A stretch of 64,000 nt of DNA from Phoronis australis (taxonomy: Eukaryota > Animalia > Phoronida): assembly GCA_002633005.1 (NCBI GenBank), contig NMRA01000167.1, positions 550,460-614,459 on the forward strand, in the 5' to 3' direction. The translations under genes and the position numbers were made by a program. Of this stretch, positions 13,729 to 25,769 are shown one piece after another. The notes under the pieces were generated by a model that saw only the letters and a program-made list of their open reading frames with translations, was not told the origin of the DNA and made no database searches. Positions within the stretch are counted from its first letter, which is position 1; each line of letters starts with the position of its first letter.

Positions 13729-13944
13729 CGCATGCGCACAATCGTGGTAGGGAAAGTTGTGGAGCAACTGGTCCTTATGTTCATTGCGCTCCCTGAAGAT
13801 CAGACAATAAAATTCAGATTTCTCTTAAAAGATCTTAGTAAATGGCTACAAAATAGCGCTCTATAAATGGGCGGTCGGGCGATCGAATGACTCTGTGCGC
13901 GCTCGCCTGTGCGCGCTCGCGCGCGCGCGCGCGCGCGCGCGCGC

Positions 13945-13975
<31 letters not shown>

Positions 13976-14597
13976 CGAATGAGTCCTTTAATTGAATGGT
14001 ACCCCAAGTGTTTGTGTGGTACCACAACGACGAAACAGGTTTGTAGGAGCGTAAACATCACTGATGCACATCAAATTCAAATTCGACATCCTCAGCGCCG
14101 TGTCTCTTCATGTTGGTATTTTTCAGGGCCCTCGCTCACCTGCCTGTGCCTTGTTGGAGGGAAATGTTCTGGTTGAGGGGGAAATTGGGAAATACACCTC
14201 AACCCGATCACCACCAATTGCACTCGCAGCCCACGGTCGCCACCCAGCGTCGACAAGGCCTCAAGTAGCCAAAACTAACGTGATTCTAACCTTTAAGGCA
14301 ATTTTTATTACGGGAGGGAATGGAGACAAATATGGAGACACCAGGGGTCCGGGGGAATTTCAGATACATAAGATTGATTGATTGACGTATAAATTACAGG
14401 GGCGGTCATGACACCANCGCATGCGCACAATCGTGGTAGGGAAAGTTGTGGAGCAACTGGTCCTTATGTTCATTGCGCTCCCTGAAGATCAGACAATAAA
14501 ATTCAGATTTCTCTTAAAAGATCTTAGTAAATGGCTACAAAATAGCGCTCTATAAATGGGCGGTCGGGCGATCGAATGACTCTGTGTGCGCGCGCGC

Positions 14598-14628
<31 letters not shown>

Positions 14629-15073
14629 TGTGTGCGAATGAGTCCTTTAATTGAATGGTACCCCAAGTGTTTGTGTGGTACCACAACGACGAAACAGGTT
14701 TGTAGGAGCGTAAACATCACTGGGGCACATCAAATTCAAATTCGACATCCTCAGCGCCGTGTCTCTTCATGTTGGTATTTTTCAGGGCCCTCGCTCACCT
14801 GCCTGTGCCTTGTTGGAAGGAAATGTTCTGGTTGAGGGGGAAATTGGGAAATACACCTCAACCCGATCACCACCAATTGCACTCGCAGCCCACGGTCGCC
14901 ACCCAGCGTCGACAAGGCCTCAAGTAGCCAAAACAAACGTGATTCTAACCTTTAAGGCAATTTTTATTACGGGAGGGAATGGGGACAAATATGGAGACAC
15001 CAGGGGTCCGGGGGGAATTTCAGATACATAAGATTGATTGATTAACGTATAAATTACGGCGGTCATGACACCA
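13729..15073. repeat. 0.67-kb near-identical tandem duplication (13729-14416 / 14418-15073) across a single N; probable redundant haplotype
   Basis: The copies abut at N14417 and differ mainly in and around the microsatellite. Confidence 0.9.
13918..13977. repeat. (CG)n(TG)n compound microsatellite (second copy 14583-14636)
   Basis: 60 bp of uninterrupted purine/pyrimidine alternation. Confidence 0.95.
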
Positions 15074-18000
15074 TTCAGTGTCAAAAAAACAACACTTATA
15101 GCTATAAATTAACCCTTTAAAAGCGATCTCTTTTGCAAATTACTACAACGTGGCATTCTTCGAGTTTTTGGGACCTTAAAAATCTGCATAGCGATAAAAG
15201 TAAAAAACCTAGTTTTACAGAAAAGATTGATTCCTTTCGTCCATCACGTTGTATGTCACTGGACATTTCCTGATGGTACATGTATTTCTCAGATTGCGCT
15301 TGTTGGTATTACGTTCACAACGATCCAAAGTGGTGGCATCAATTTCAGTAAATGATAGTCATAACTTCTATAATTTTCAAAGACACCCCTGAATAGACAA
15401 TCAAGAAATCCACGCAACAAATTATTTCCAACCATTTAATGGCTTCTGATGGCAACTCTGCTTGGCACACGCATGTTTATCACATAAGACAAGATTGTTT
15501 ATTAATGAGAATTTTCAACGCACCTGCTAAACGCTTGTGAAGCGGTCCGGAAAACCAGTCATCATTAGATTTCATTCGATAGGAATTCGATTTCAATCCA
15601 GCACGACGATCAGATGGTCGAATCTTATCCTGATTTCTGGGTGCTTGACGACAATAAATGTTCTACGATATCGTTACTAATGCGGTTTAACACTCGGAAT
15701 CTATTTAATCCAGTGAAACATCATTGGTGATATCTGCTGAACTCGTTCACGACCTCACTGCGCATGCCAACAGTATGACGGGTCAACTTGATGTGAGGAC
15801 CTCTCTTTCGCCATCTGAAAGCAGACGACTATCAAAGTCACGTGGCTCAAATTATTCGTGCGTCAAAACCCACTGGCATCTCTCACATCGTAGAGGTTTA
15901 CAGGTCTATGATCACATCTACAGTGAAACAGAGACTGACATCTTGGCGGACCTGACAGAGTGACGCACATGTAAGCAGGTCTCGTTTTTGCTTAACGGTC
16001 AGTTCATATCCCGTCTACCTGCCTTGAGTGTTTTGACCATGTTTTCGAGTGCAAAGCACGCTTTCCAAATTAATGATGTGAAACCGAGTGTCTCCGGTAA
16101 CCACCAGACAGTGCTATCATATCGCGCCTGAACACGCAACCGCGAGCTCTTGTCAACATAACTGAAGAGCGAATGAAGAATTAAGTACTCTCCACAGCAT
16201 CTTATACTAATTGCGCACTTGTAAACGAACCTGCCGTGACACCTGCAGCTATTAGAATGCACCAACATATTGGTTTAGTGTTCGCAGACTCACATATAGT
16301 GGTGTTTTTTAAAATCAATGTAAGCTACGTGTACACATATCGGATCCTTCATTTCTAAACCTCTAACATTGTCAAAAGGCAAATTAATTTCGCAAAATAG
16401 ACCCTGTGTAAAGCTTGGCGGCAGGTACATGTATGTTGATGACAGATCGACCCTAACATGGCAAAATATTTCGGGTACCGACACTTGTTAGGCCCCATTT
16501 CGGTAAAATAGAAATTTCTGACAAAATCTTTCAGCATCACCGCTGACGTTGAAATTTATTTGAGTCGTTTAGACCTAAGTGCGTAATTCATGATTTCAAT
16601 GCAAGTACAAAAGTGCAATTTACGTTCGAAGTGATCAGGTCCAAAAGACCGAACTTGCCCCATGACGGGGCTAACCCTCTATTTAAGTTCATTTAACTGA
16701 CTCGTAGTTTCACCCTCTATTCTTTCAATAGCAGGCCACGACTTGTTTTGTTTTTTCAGCACTACTGGAAAATCGGAACAAATGATAAGTGATTGGCGTG
16801 TTTGTGAGCGCGCATGATGCATACATGAACGTGCGCGGGCATTAAAACACCAAAAATAACAATAACATCTCCGTTTAGAAAAGTGTGTGATAGAAATGGA
16901 ACGAATGTGCGCTACTTGGCGAACTGCATGTAAACCTGTCGGCGTTGTATGAAATATAAGATGACATCTTGTAGGGTTCAAGAACATATGAAAGTTCAAT
17001 CAGTTTGAAGCACCTTTCTCGGCCTAAATACTCAGAAAAAATTTTCATTGAAACGTAATTAAGCCATCTTGCGAGAAATAAATACCCGACATAGAATTGA
17101 GACATGCGCTAATGAGCAAGTTTAGGCATTGGATGTTTACGTCTGATGAACTACTCTGAATGTCCTTTATTTTGAAATCACAGTGACCGTAAATATTACG
17201 TGATTTTTGAGAAGTGCGATCTCCCCACATCTTCCCTCTCTCTCTCGTTCCCTCTTTTTTCTTCCGTCCCTGTTTAATTCTGAATTGCATGCGACGATTT
17301 GGACGAGGCCAATTATGACTCTAACGACGATGATGGGTTTGGTTATCATACATGTAGTGGTCATGATTGCGATGACGACAGCGATAATGAGGTTAACATT
17401 GACATTGGCTTCGATGGTCACTCGTTACACGTTGAGAAAACACACGGTCATTGACGCAGAAAAATAAGCATCCTCGCTGAATTGATTCACTCGAAAATGC
17501 CACTCTACATGAGCACTATTCGTAGAGATAGAAACGCGATCAAACCAGATGTGGAAACATAAAACGTCCCACAGCACATCAACAACATAATGAGAAAGTA
17601 TTTTATTTTTTGACGTTAAACATTTGATATGATTATCCGCTGTAGTCAACATAGAAATTTTTACTGGATCAAAACACGCAGAAAATCACGCAACACTCAT
17701 TGGTGAGGTGAGATGATGCTTGTAATGTAAACCCCCGATATCACTGTTAAATAAAACATAACAAATGGAGTGAATCAATGAATAATCAATGTCCAAATAT
17801 CATCATTTCCGCGAACTTTAAGTGATCCCTGTGTGAACGCAAGCACCAAGCAGTGTCTGTGACTCATTTGCCATAATCACATCAAAGACATCTTGTCATT
17901 TCCAGAACGTCGTCAACGTTTAACGAGCACCCACTAAACTGCTTACGTCAGCATTTGATCAACACAAGGAGGCGTTGCGCGTCAACGCAATGCCGTAATC

Positions 18001-18749
18001 CTGGAACTTTCTGGAAGGGGTTCTTACACGACAAACAAGAACAGTATGGAATATTACAATAGTTTTGAGAAGACACTTGTGTAACCGAAATCTCCGAAAC
18101 TCTCGCCACTGCTTTATTTATGAGAATATACAATGCGACTAATTCCCGCTGTGCCCGTATTCCTGACGATACCGATTTTCATGGTGTGATGTCAATCTTT
18201 CTTTTCTTAATCGCCAGGCTTAGTCGTTTGTCCGATGTCACGACGCAAAACGCCAGTTATCTACCACGTTGGACGGATACATTAATGTAAACAAGCACCG
18301 ACTCAAAACTGTTCTTAACAAATGAAAACGTATCGCTGCGTTTTGGCCAACTTTTATCGCATTTTCTCCGCTAAAGAAGAATTCAGCACTTACTTTTGGC
18401 GAGGAATTCCATTTCAGAAACTCATTAAGTTAAAAAATATCGGATTCTGTCCATAACATTTCAATTTATTTCAGCCAGTATTTTATTGCAGTGAATCCAT
18501 CGCTAAAAATGCTCTAATTGACCTGTACAACACAACATTCGTGAAATTAAGGGTAGGCGGCAACATCGGTTTTCCCGTTTAATGAAGCATTGTGCAACTA
18601 CAAGATACCACTGAACGGCTCGGTTTCCTAATGAACATGTTTTCAGGCGTATTATAAACAATCAACCAGTTCGTCCATTTACTTGCTAGCCAACTCTATC
18701 GTATATTATCTTACAAATTAAATTTGGCCAGATTATCTCCTCGTGTGGA

Positions 18750-18972
18750 GGAGACAGTGTAGCTGAGAGGTTGGAGCTCCTAACTCCCGTTTGAGAGACC
18801 CACCTCCCCCTCAGTAACGCTAGGGCCTCATTAAAAAGCAAGTCTTCGCGAGATTACGTGAGATATTGCCGTGTACACTAAATGAAATCACGTGACTTTG
18901 GCTAGATTTCAGCTAGATCCTAGCGTAGGTCCTACGTTACTGAACGCTCGCCAGGGTTCGAATCCTGACTTT
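18750..18972 (+). mobile_element. tRNA-derived (SINE-like) Pol III head split by a family C MITE
   Basis: A-box TAGCTGAGAGG at 18760-18770 and B-box GGTTCGAATCC at 18955-18965; spacing is tRNA-like once the insert is removed. Confidence 0.6.
18811..18943. mobile_element. MITE family C copy (TCAGTAAC...GTTACTGA) inserted in a tRNA-derived head
   Basis: Aligns with 33881-34017 and 36847-36970 (shared AAAAAGCAAG..GCGAGATTACG.GAGAT..CACGTGA.TTTGG). Confidence 0.8.
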
Positions 18973-21900
18973 AGTGGCTGACAATCGAGCATTGCACAAA
19001 GGTGTTTCCCAGTGGTCTTACTACTGAATGCATACAAGAGCAAAATTCAGAACTTGTATATAATGCGAACGCGATTTCTGGGGTTGTGCTCGTACTTAAC
19101 AAAAATCTCATATCATGCTGTATTTTCAAAAGAAAAAGGCAAAGTATGATCGTGTAATCTCGCGTATCAAAAGCAATGGCAAGCAATCATTTATACTTTG
19201 GATAACTGGGCTTCCTTTTATCTGTTTCTATCGTAAATTGGCCGTGTCGAACTACTGTAGTTTGAGCTCAGTCACGAACTGTTGAAATCCACGTCGTCCG
19301 TTCGGCGTCATTCGATTTGTGAACAAAACGGTCTCGCCACGTGGTGACTGAAAGTTCGTTTGCGTGCTTGTGATTGGGCGATCAAGATGTCCGTCATTTG
19401 TCAACAGAACAAGGATATAAAGAGACAAAATGGCTATCATTTGATCCACCTCAACGTGGTCCATGGAGAAACGCCGAGTCACAACAGTTCGTCCTGAGTA
19501 CACGTTAACGAGATTCATCACAAACTAAACAGCATTGTTTGAATGTATTGCAGGCGGGAATGGGAACTTAATTTTTCCAAATTTGACAGATATGGTGTGA
19601 TGAACTGGAGATGATAGGCTACGTGAATACCCGGTTTTGCATATTCCACAATATAAGCTACGCCTGGTCTGCATGATGGTAAATCTATCTATGGTAAATC
19701 TATCTAGCCAATGTACATGTACATGTATTTCTGTTGGAGTTATAAAATTATTAACTTACGTCAAAACCATTTGTATACAGGAGGCTTGGGTTATAAAAAA
19801 CTATTGCCCCTGTAATTCCTACAGAAACCTACATTATAACAAATTTCTTTATATACTGCACAAACTATAATTCCGTTATATACAAGAAAATGTCTTGGGA
19901 ATAAATGTTTATTGGCGTTGGCGAGATGTCTTTAGGGTGTCACGAAACACTACGGCCGGTGCCATCTTTCAAGATACACAAAATTTAGAAAATCATCAGA
20001 TCATGCCAAGGGAAATATCTGCTTCTAAATAATAGCTTCTCGTACACTCATTTTAAACCACCAGAAAATTTGTCTTTAAAATTTGCGCAGGTTTGCTTTC
20101 TACATGAGTGACGTCAATGGCTTAGTATAATTGCAGTGACGAAAACGAAAAGTTGAAATTTGTTATTTCCCTAACGGTTACTGTTCCAACTCCTCTGTTA
20201 CGTTGCTTGATACCTGTAATACTATTACAAGATATATTCTATTCGTAGAGGATTTTCACGACTTACGCACTGCAGGATGTAATATTTGGCCGATTGAAAC
20301 CAATTCGAAACAAATAATTTACCATTCTGATGTTTCCGTACGCATAACACACAAGACGGGAAAACGTTTTTGACTTGGACTGAGGGAAGACAAAATGATT
20401 GGCCTTTAAAAATAGTACCATAAATCTAAAAAGTACTGGTCACATATAGACACGCTGTCGTCTCACATGCAACGCCGTTGTCAGATAGCAACTCTATTTG
20501 GGGTCCACAAAATTGAGCAAGCCGTAGTTTAGTTTACAATCAAAGCTGCTGTTGAATGATACTGACTTCCAAAGACAAGATACATTGTCAACCGATTTCA
20601 GTATTCACACCAGGATTCCCCGTCAGTGACAAAGTTTAAATTATCTAAAGCAATTACGGAGAAATTATCTCAGAATTTGCAATAACGACACCAGGCGATT
20701 TAATTATGTACAATAAGATGAATAAGATTTAGTGAATATGTTTCCGAAAAACTCAGTGTTGTGTATTCTTCTATTCTTGGGCCAATGCTGTCGTTGTTAC
20801 AAGCTAATTCATATTCACCTACTGCTGGTCCAAGACATGCTCTTACCTCTTGCTGTTGTAGGTTGCAGTAAGACCAAGTCTTGTACACTACCCGATGATT
20901 TATAGCGTTCTGAAGTTCCTACAATTGCTTGTATAATCAGCTTATTAAGGAGATGCGATTGCTTTTTACAGGTAGGTATTACAAGCCTACGCATACCATG
21001 TGCCTTAAAAAGTTCAAGTTTTAGCAACCAGATGACCCACGGGGGATTCTTTCAGAAAGAATACTTCGAAAATCCCTCATGGGTCTCTTTGTAGTTCGTT
21101 TCGCGTGTCTGGTATGGGGAATATGTCAACTTTTGATCTTTAACAGAAGCGTCGTAAGAATGATTTCATAATAGCCAAGCTCGATGGCAACAAAGTAAAG
21201 GCGCGTCCTCTTACGTCATGTCACGAGAGCCCGTGCTTGAACGAGGGCGCTGCAGGCGTCATTACAAATTTCCGAAAGAAAACCTACCACAATTCCCCCG
21301 AAGACTCTTTTCGAACCAAAGTCACTTTGTTCAAATGGCGTGAACATTTATACATGTAACTGCAGAAAACCAGAAATCTCGAAGATTTGATTTCTCGTAC
21401 GGCTCGACTTGCTTAGCATAAAGTGCTCTTCAGGTCACCACATCAAGGAAATTCCGTATGGTGGTTGCAAAAGTGCAGACCCTTACAAATTACGCATGGT
21501 TGGAAAAAGCCGAAAATGAAATACACGGCAAACCTGGGTTAAACTTTGAAAATGCCTGTTTGTACACCAGCTATCGTCTTTTAGCGAATAATTCAATTTC
21601 AAAAGCCAAGCAGTTAGAAAAATCGCTGGTTTTAGTACACAATACACTAATTTATTTTAGCCAGTGCTTTATTGTCGTGACGTCATTGCTAATTTCTCAA
21701 CTCCACACAAGAGGACACTAGATCAGCTTTCCTGATAATTGGGCTTCCTGATGACAGCGGTTTTTTATGCACAACTATTTACGAAGTGCAACGTAAAACT
21801 TGTGGAATTACTAATGATATTGTTTGTTTGTATTAATTTTGTTGAACCTTTCCTGCATTCATCACGATAAAAAGAAACGCTCATCCAGAAATGACAATGA

Positions 21901-22820
21901 CCACAACCGGCCTGTCTAATCAACGTCTATCCCAAATCAATACTATGTCATTACTAGTCAATTACGGGAGTACAAGGCATGACTCCGATCAATATATTAT
22001 TTGTCTCACCCTTCGGATTATGTTCACGAACTTGTTTTCACAATCAAGAAAAGAGCCTGCCGTAACTTATGAATCGAACTACAACTGAGCAAAGCCTTCA
22101 TCCTCATGTCACCTTCAGTATTTTGTAATGAAAACGAGTAGAGAATCGTGTTATGTTTATGTTGTGCACATATCTTCTGAGTCCCCATTGGTTGTAACCA
22201 ACGTGATTTGAGTTAGCATAAAGGTGTATATGCACCTGTTCTCTCTTCTGGCGATTAGACAAACAATCTGGTGCCTCAGGGCCCATGTGTGAATTCTTGG
22301 CTGAATCTGCTTACGCCGGAGAACTGGACTAGACGCGTTGTCATCTCATTCCTTTTTGGCTAAAGTCCGGTGTATAAACTTCGATTTTTCGCCCGTATGG
22401 CAGGCTACTTCGCGTACGACGCTCGGACGACTGTCCGCACACTCCAATTGTTGTCAGTGTGACTTCCTATAGGACTTCCAGCACAGCCTCTTAGCTCGAA
22501 GAGATATGTCCGAACAACTACATGAACCTACGACAGCGGTATACGCGAAATTGGAGTGTGTGGACAAGAGTCCATCTGGAAATCTAGTTCTTTAGTGTAG
22601 CCTACGTGCGCGTGTTACCATGTCCGTGTATTCTTTTTCGTAATAGTCTCCCTAAAACTTCAGAAACCCAGACCCGGGCAGAACTTGGGCAACCAGCAAA
22701 CTGCGATGACAAGACAATACGATGGATGATTATTGAAACCTGTACAGAAAGCTGTAACAACTACATGTATCATTCCTTCGCAGTGAATATTCTCCCCATC
22801 GCCTAATCTTTCTTTAACGA

Positions 22821-23088
22821 GGGCTGCGTTCCGTGAACCCAAGATCCTTGCTAAGCACTTGCGGCTAAAGAGTTTTGCTTATGGAGCAGAAACATTGCTT
22901 GCTATGACAAGTTTTAACGTTTCAACTTCACCGACCTGCAATCAAATCAGTGACAGCCATTTTGGCAGACTACGCCTCAGCTAGCAAGGTCCCAAGCGCA
23001 CTCGCGAAAGTCTCGCTTTTCACTGGCGTGATTTTGCGTGGTCTTGCGTTATCTTGCTTTTTTGCGAGATTCTCGTGTCTACAGAATC
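22821..23088. mobile_element. Decayed MITE; related ends at 5180-5275
   Basis: GCGTTCCGTGAACCCAAGA resembles GCGTTCCGTCGACTCAAGA (about 5248); GCGAGATTCTCGTGTCTACAGAA resembles GCGAGGTTCTCGCGTCTACGGAA (5182). Confidence 0.45.
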
Positions 23089-25616
23089 CATAAGTGTATT
23101 CACCGCAATATGCGTCGCGTCTTTGTCAACACATGTTGGGCGAAAGCTCCCTGGACACGAAGTGTGAAACATACATGTGTGACATCACGTTTCTGAATTC
23201 AAATAAATAACAGTCGAATAGGCAGTGCGGTACTGAGATAGAGATGTACCCAACTAACCCATTTCGTCCGGCAGCATGTAATGGTCTATTGTCGTGGTAT
23301 GTCGCTCCTGTGATAAACCATTACGAAAGCTCCATCACTGACAGGAAACGATTTAATTCAACGATATCAGATTGGTAACATTTAATGAAGATTGCTGGAA
23401 AAGATTCCTTACTAAAAATCTCAACGGAGATAGTTTACCTATAACCAGTTTCACCAACTGCCAAATCCAGATAGTCTACTTGTGACGTACATTGACACGC
23501 ATGGTGCGAATTCGAATCTGCATGAAGATTCCCATTGATGTTCATGGTACATTTTCGAGCAGAAATGTTGCGGAGGGTGTGTACAAAAATGGAAATCGGC
23601 CAACCATTAACACAGTGGAAACCCACGACCCACTACAATGCTGAGTTTGCTAAAGTTACCTGTAATTCAACAACTTGTACGAAATATATATTTTCTCATA
23701 CCAAATTTGATCAAGAATCTTCTGCAAAATCCCTACACCTTAACAGATGTAACTCATCTATCTCAGATTTGGAAAGTGTCCAACTCGCTGTCAGATTTAC
23801 TTACGGAATATGAAACCTTAGTGTAATAAATCTGTTACGTAGCACTCCATAGTTTTAGCAATAGACAATAAAAGATTCACCCACGATTTCAATGAAAATT
23901 AACGGGTGCTGGAGTGGCCAGGCATTTTCGGACTTTAAAACTACGTTTGCTTTTTTGATGTATTGAAACTGTTTCGAAAAATCGAGGCAATTTGCGGGAA
24001 ACCGTGCCTGTCGTTCACTTGGTGGCAAGGCAAATTTTGGCTGAAAATTCAGGTGTCCGTAAGACTTTTCGGATTTGCAAAAAAATCCATCTGCTCGACA
24101 CTCACTGTCCACTTAACCGTTGGAGTTTGAAGTGTTGTGGCCTTCTGAATGCGTTGTCTGCTGGTGCCCAGTAATCACGTGCTAGTCTATATTTTGGGTG
24201 GAAAACGGTTTATTTTTTGCGTTTTTAGTAATGGCCGATTTTGTTTGTATCTCGTAAAATGCACATTTTAAAACAGTTTTTAAGACTATGGGCAAATTTA
24301 AAGATTGACGTTAGAACCTCCATATATTTCATATTTTCTGGTTATGAAAAAGAAAAAGATCACCCCTCCAAGCTAGGCTTCAGTGTCTGGAAAAAGAATG
24401 AAATGAGGTAAAACTGTTGAATGCCACCCACTGCCTCTACGACCTGAGGCAATAATCGCCGCACGGGGTCTCTGTTGTCAATTATTACGTCCGTGGCATA
24501 CACCGAACGCTTTAAGTAGTTTTATTGACATTCTTAGTTTATTAGATTTCCTGACTTAACGTACCCGTCTAATAGAAAGCACCTTAAACGTTCAACTGCA
24601 TACAGTGTAGCTGTTTCTTCCAGACGTGTTCAGCCAATGATAGTACATACAGAACGAGAGGCCTTTTTGAAATTTCCAACACCTTAGTTTAACAGGGAAC
24701 TTAACGTTGTTTATTACAACTCAAATAACTGTATTGATAACTCCATGGAAACTGTTTATGTACTTTTAATTGAAAATGGACGGGTGGGACAGTGTCTGTC
24801 AATCAGACCACCATGTCATTTCGCCTTACAAAAACCTCAGTCTGAAATAAGCCGAGTAGGCATTCGCCTTATTGAACGAAGTTGAGGCTCATGAATCTTA
24901 TTTGATATCACTTTTTTATTGAAACACTAGCAGAAACCGGGGACTTACAAAGGTTGGGTTGTAAACAGGAAGCTCATAATAGCTTGACTGCTCTTCACTA
25001 TTTTGGCGGAAGCTTTCATTTCCGTTTGGCTTGTTCATAAAATTGAAGAGAATGCAATAAAATTTGTGAGGGCTTATTTACAAGCAGTGTGAATGACGTG
25101 TACAGTACATGTAGTTCTATAGAAAATCGCCCTCGCTGTTGGGAAAGGAAGTTTACGCACGTGCGTGTGGAGTTAGTTGGGTGTGGAACAGTTATTTTCG
25201 CTTCAGTCGCGTTATAGTGTTATGGGAGTTTCGTTGTTAGCAGACCATCTTGAGAGACTAAAGTCGGAATTGGCGATGCGAAAATAGCTACAACAAAATC
25301 AACTCCCGTATTATCAGAATCGTTATCAGCATCAAAACTCAGTTATTTTGAAAGAGAAAAATATATCCATACAATGAATTTTTGTAGGAGAAATGTTGCC
25401 TTTCTTATTTCCTGGCTCTTTTTGCTTGATATCTTCTGCCATCTCAAGGGGCGTGGTTTGTCTTGCTCACATAAGTTTGACGAAAGTTATTAAGTGAAAT
25501 AAAGTTCGATCTCGACAGGTTTTATTAATACACCAAGTTCAACCTTAAAGTATTTTGTTTATGGCGCAACACGAGAGCTTGCAATTATCTTCAGGCAAAG
25601 TGCCTCCTGCCCTTAT

Positions 25617-25769
25617 CAGTGGCGGATTTAGAGTGGGGCCAAGGGGGCCATGCCCCCCAAAATTCTCCCAAATTCTTTTAGGAAGTTCGGGGTGTGAATG
25701 TCTGACGACAAAATCCTGGCTAATATTCTGCCCTGGCCCCCCTAACTCAAAATCCAGGATCCGCCCCTG
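25617..25769 (+). mobile_element. MITE family A copy, 5-bp TSD CTTAT
   Basis: TIR CAGTGGCGGAT...ATCCGCCCCTG; CTTAT at 25612-25616 and 25770-25774. Confidence 0.85.

Noticed and set aside
13800-15031. HTHT/RARA/CVCV ORFs appearing twice
   Set aside because: Microsatellite translations in a probably redundant haplotype copy.
17207-17467. Hydrophobic or Asp-rich ORFs
   Set aside because: Decayed (CT)n and (GAT)n low-complexity sequence with no splice support.
20700-21027. Minus-strand ORFs with a GAG|GTAAG donor at about 20846
   Set aside because: No recognisable domain or partner exons.
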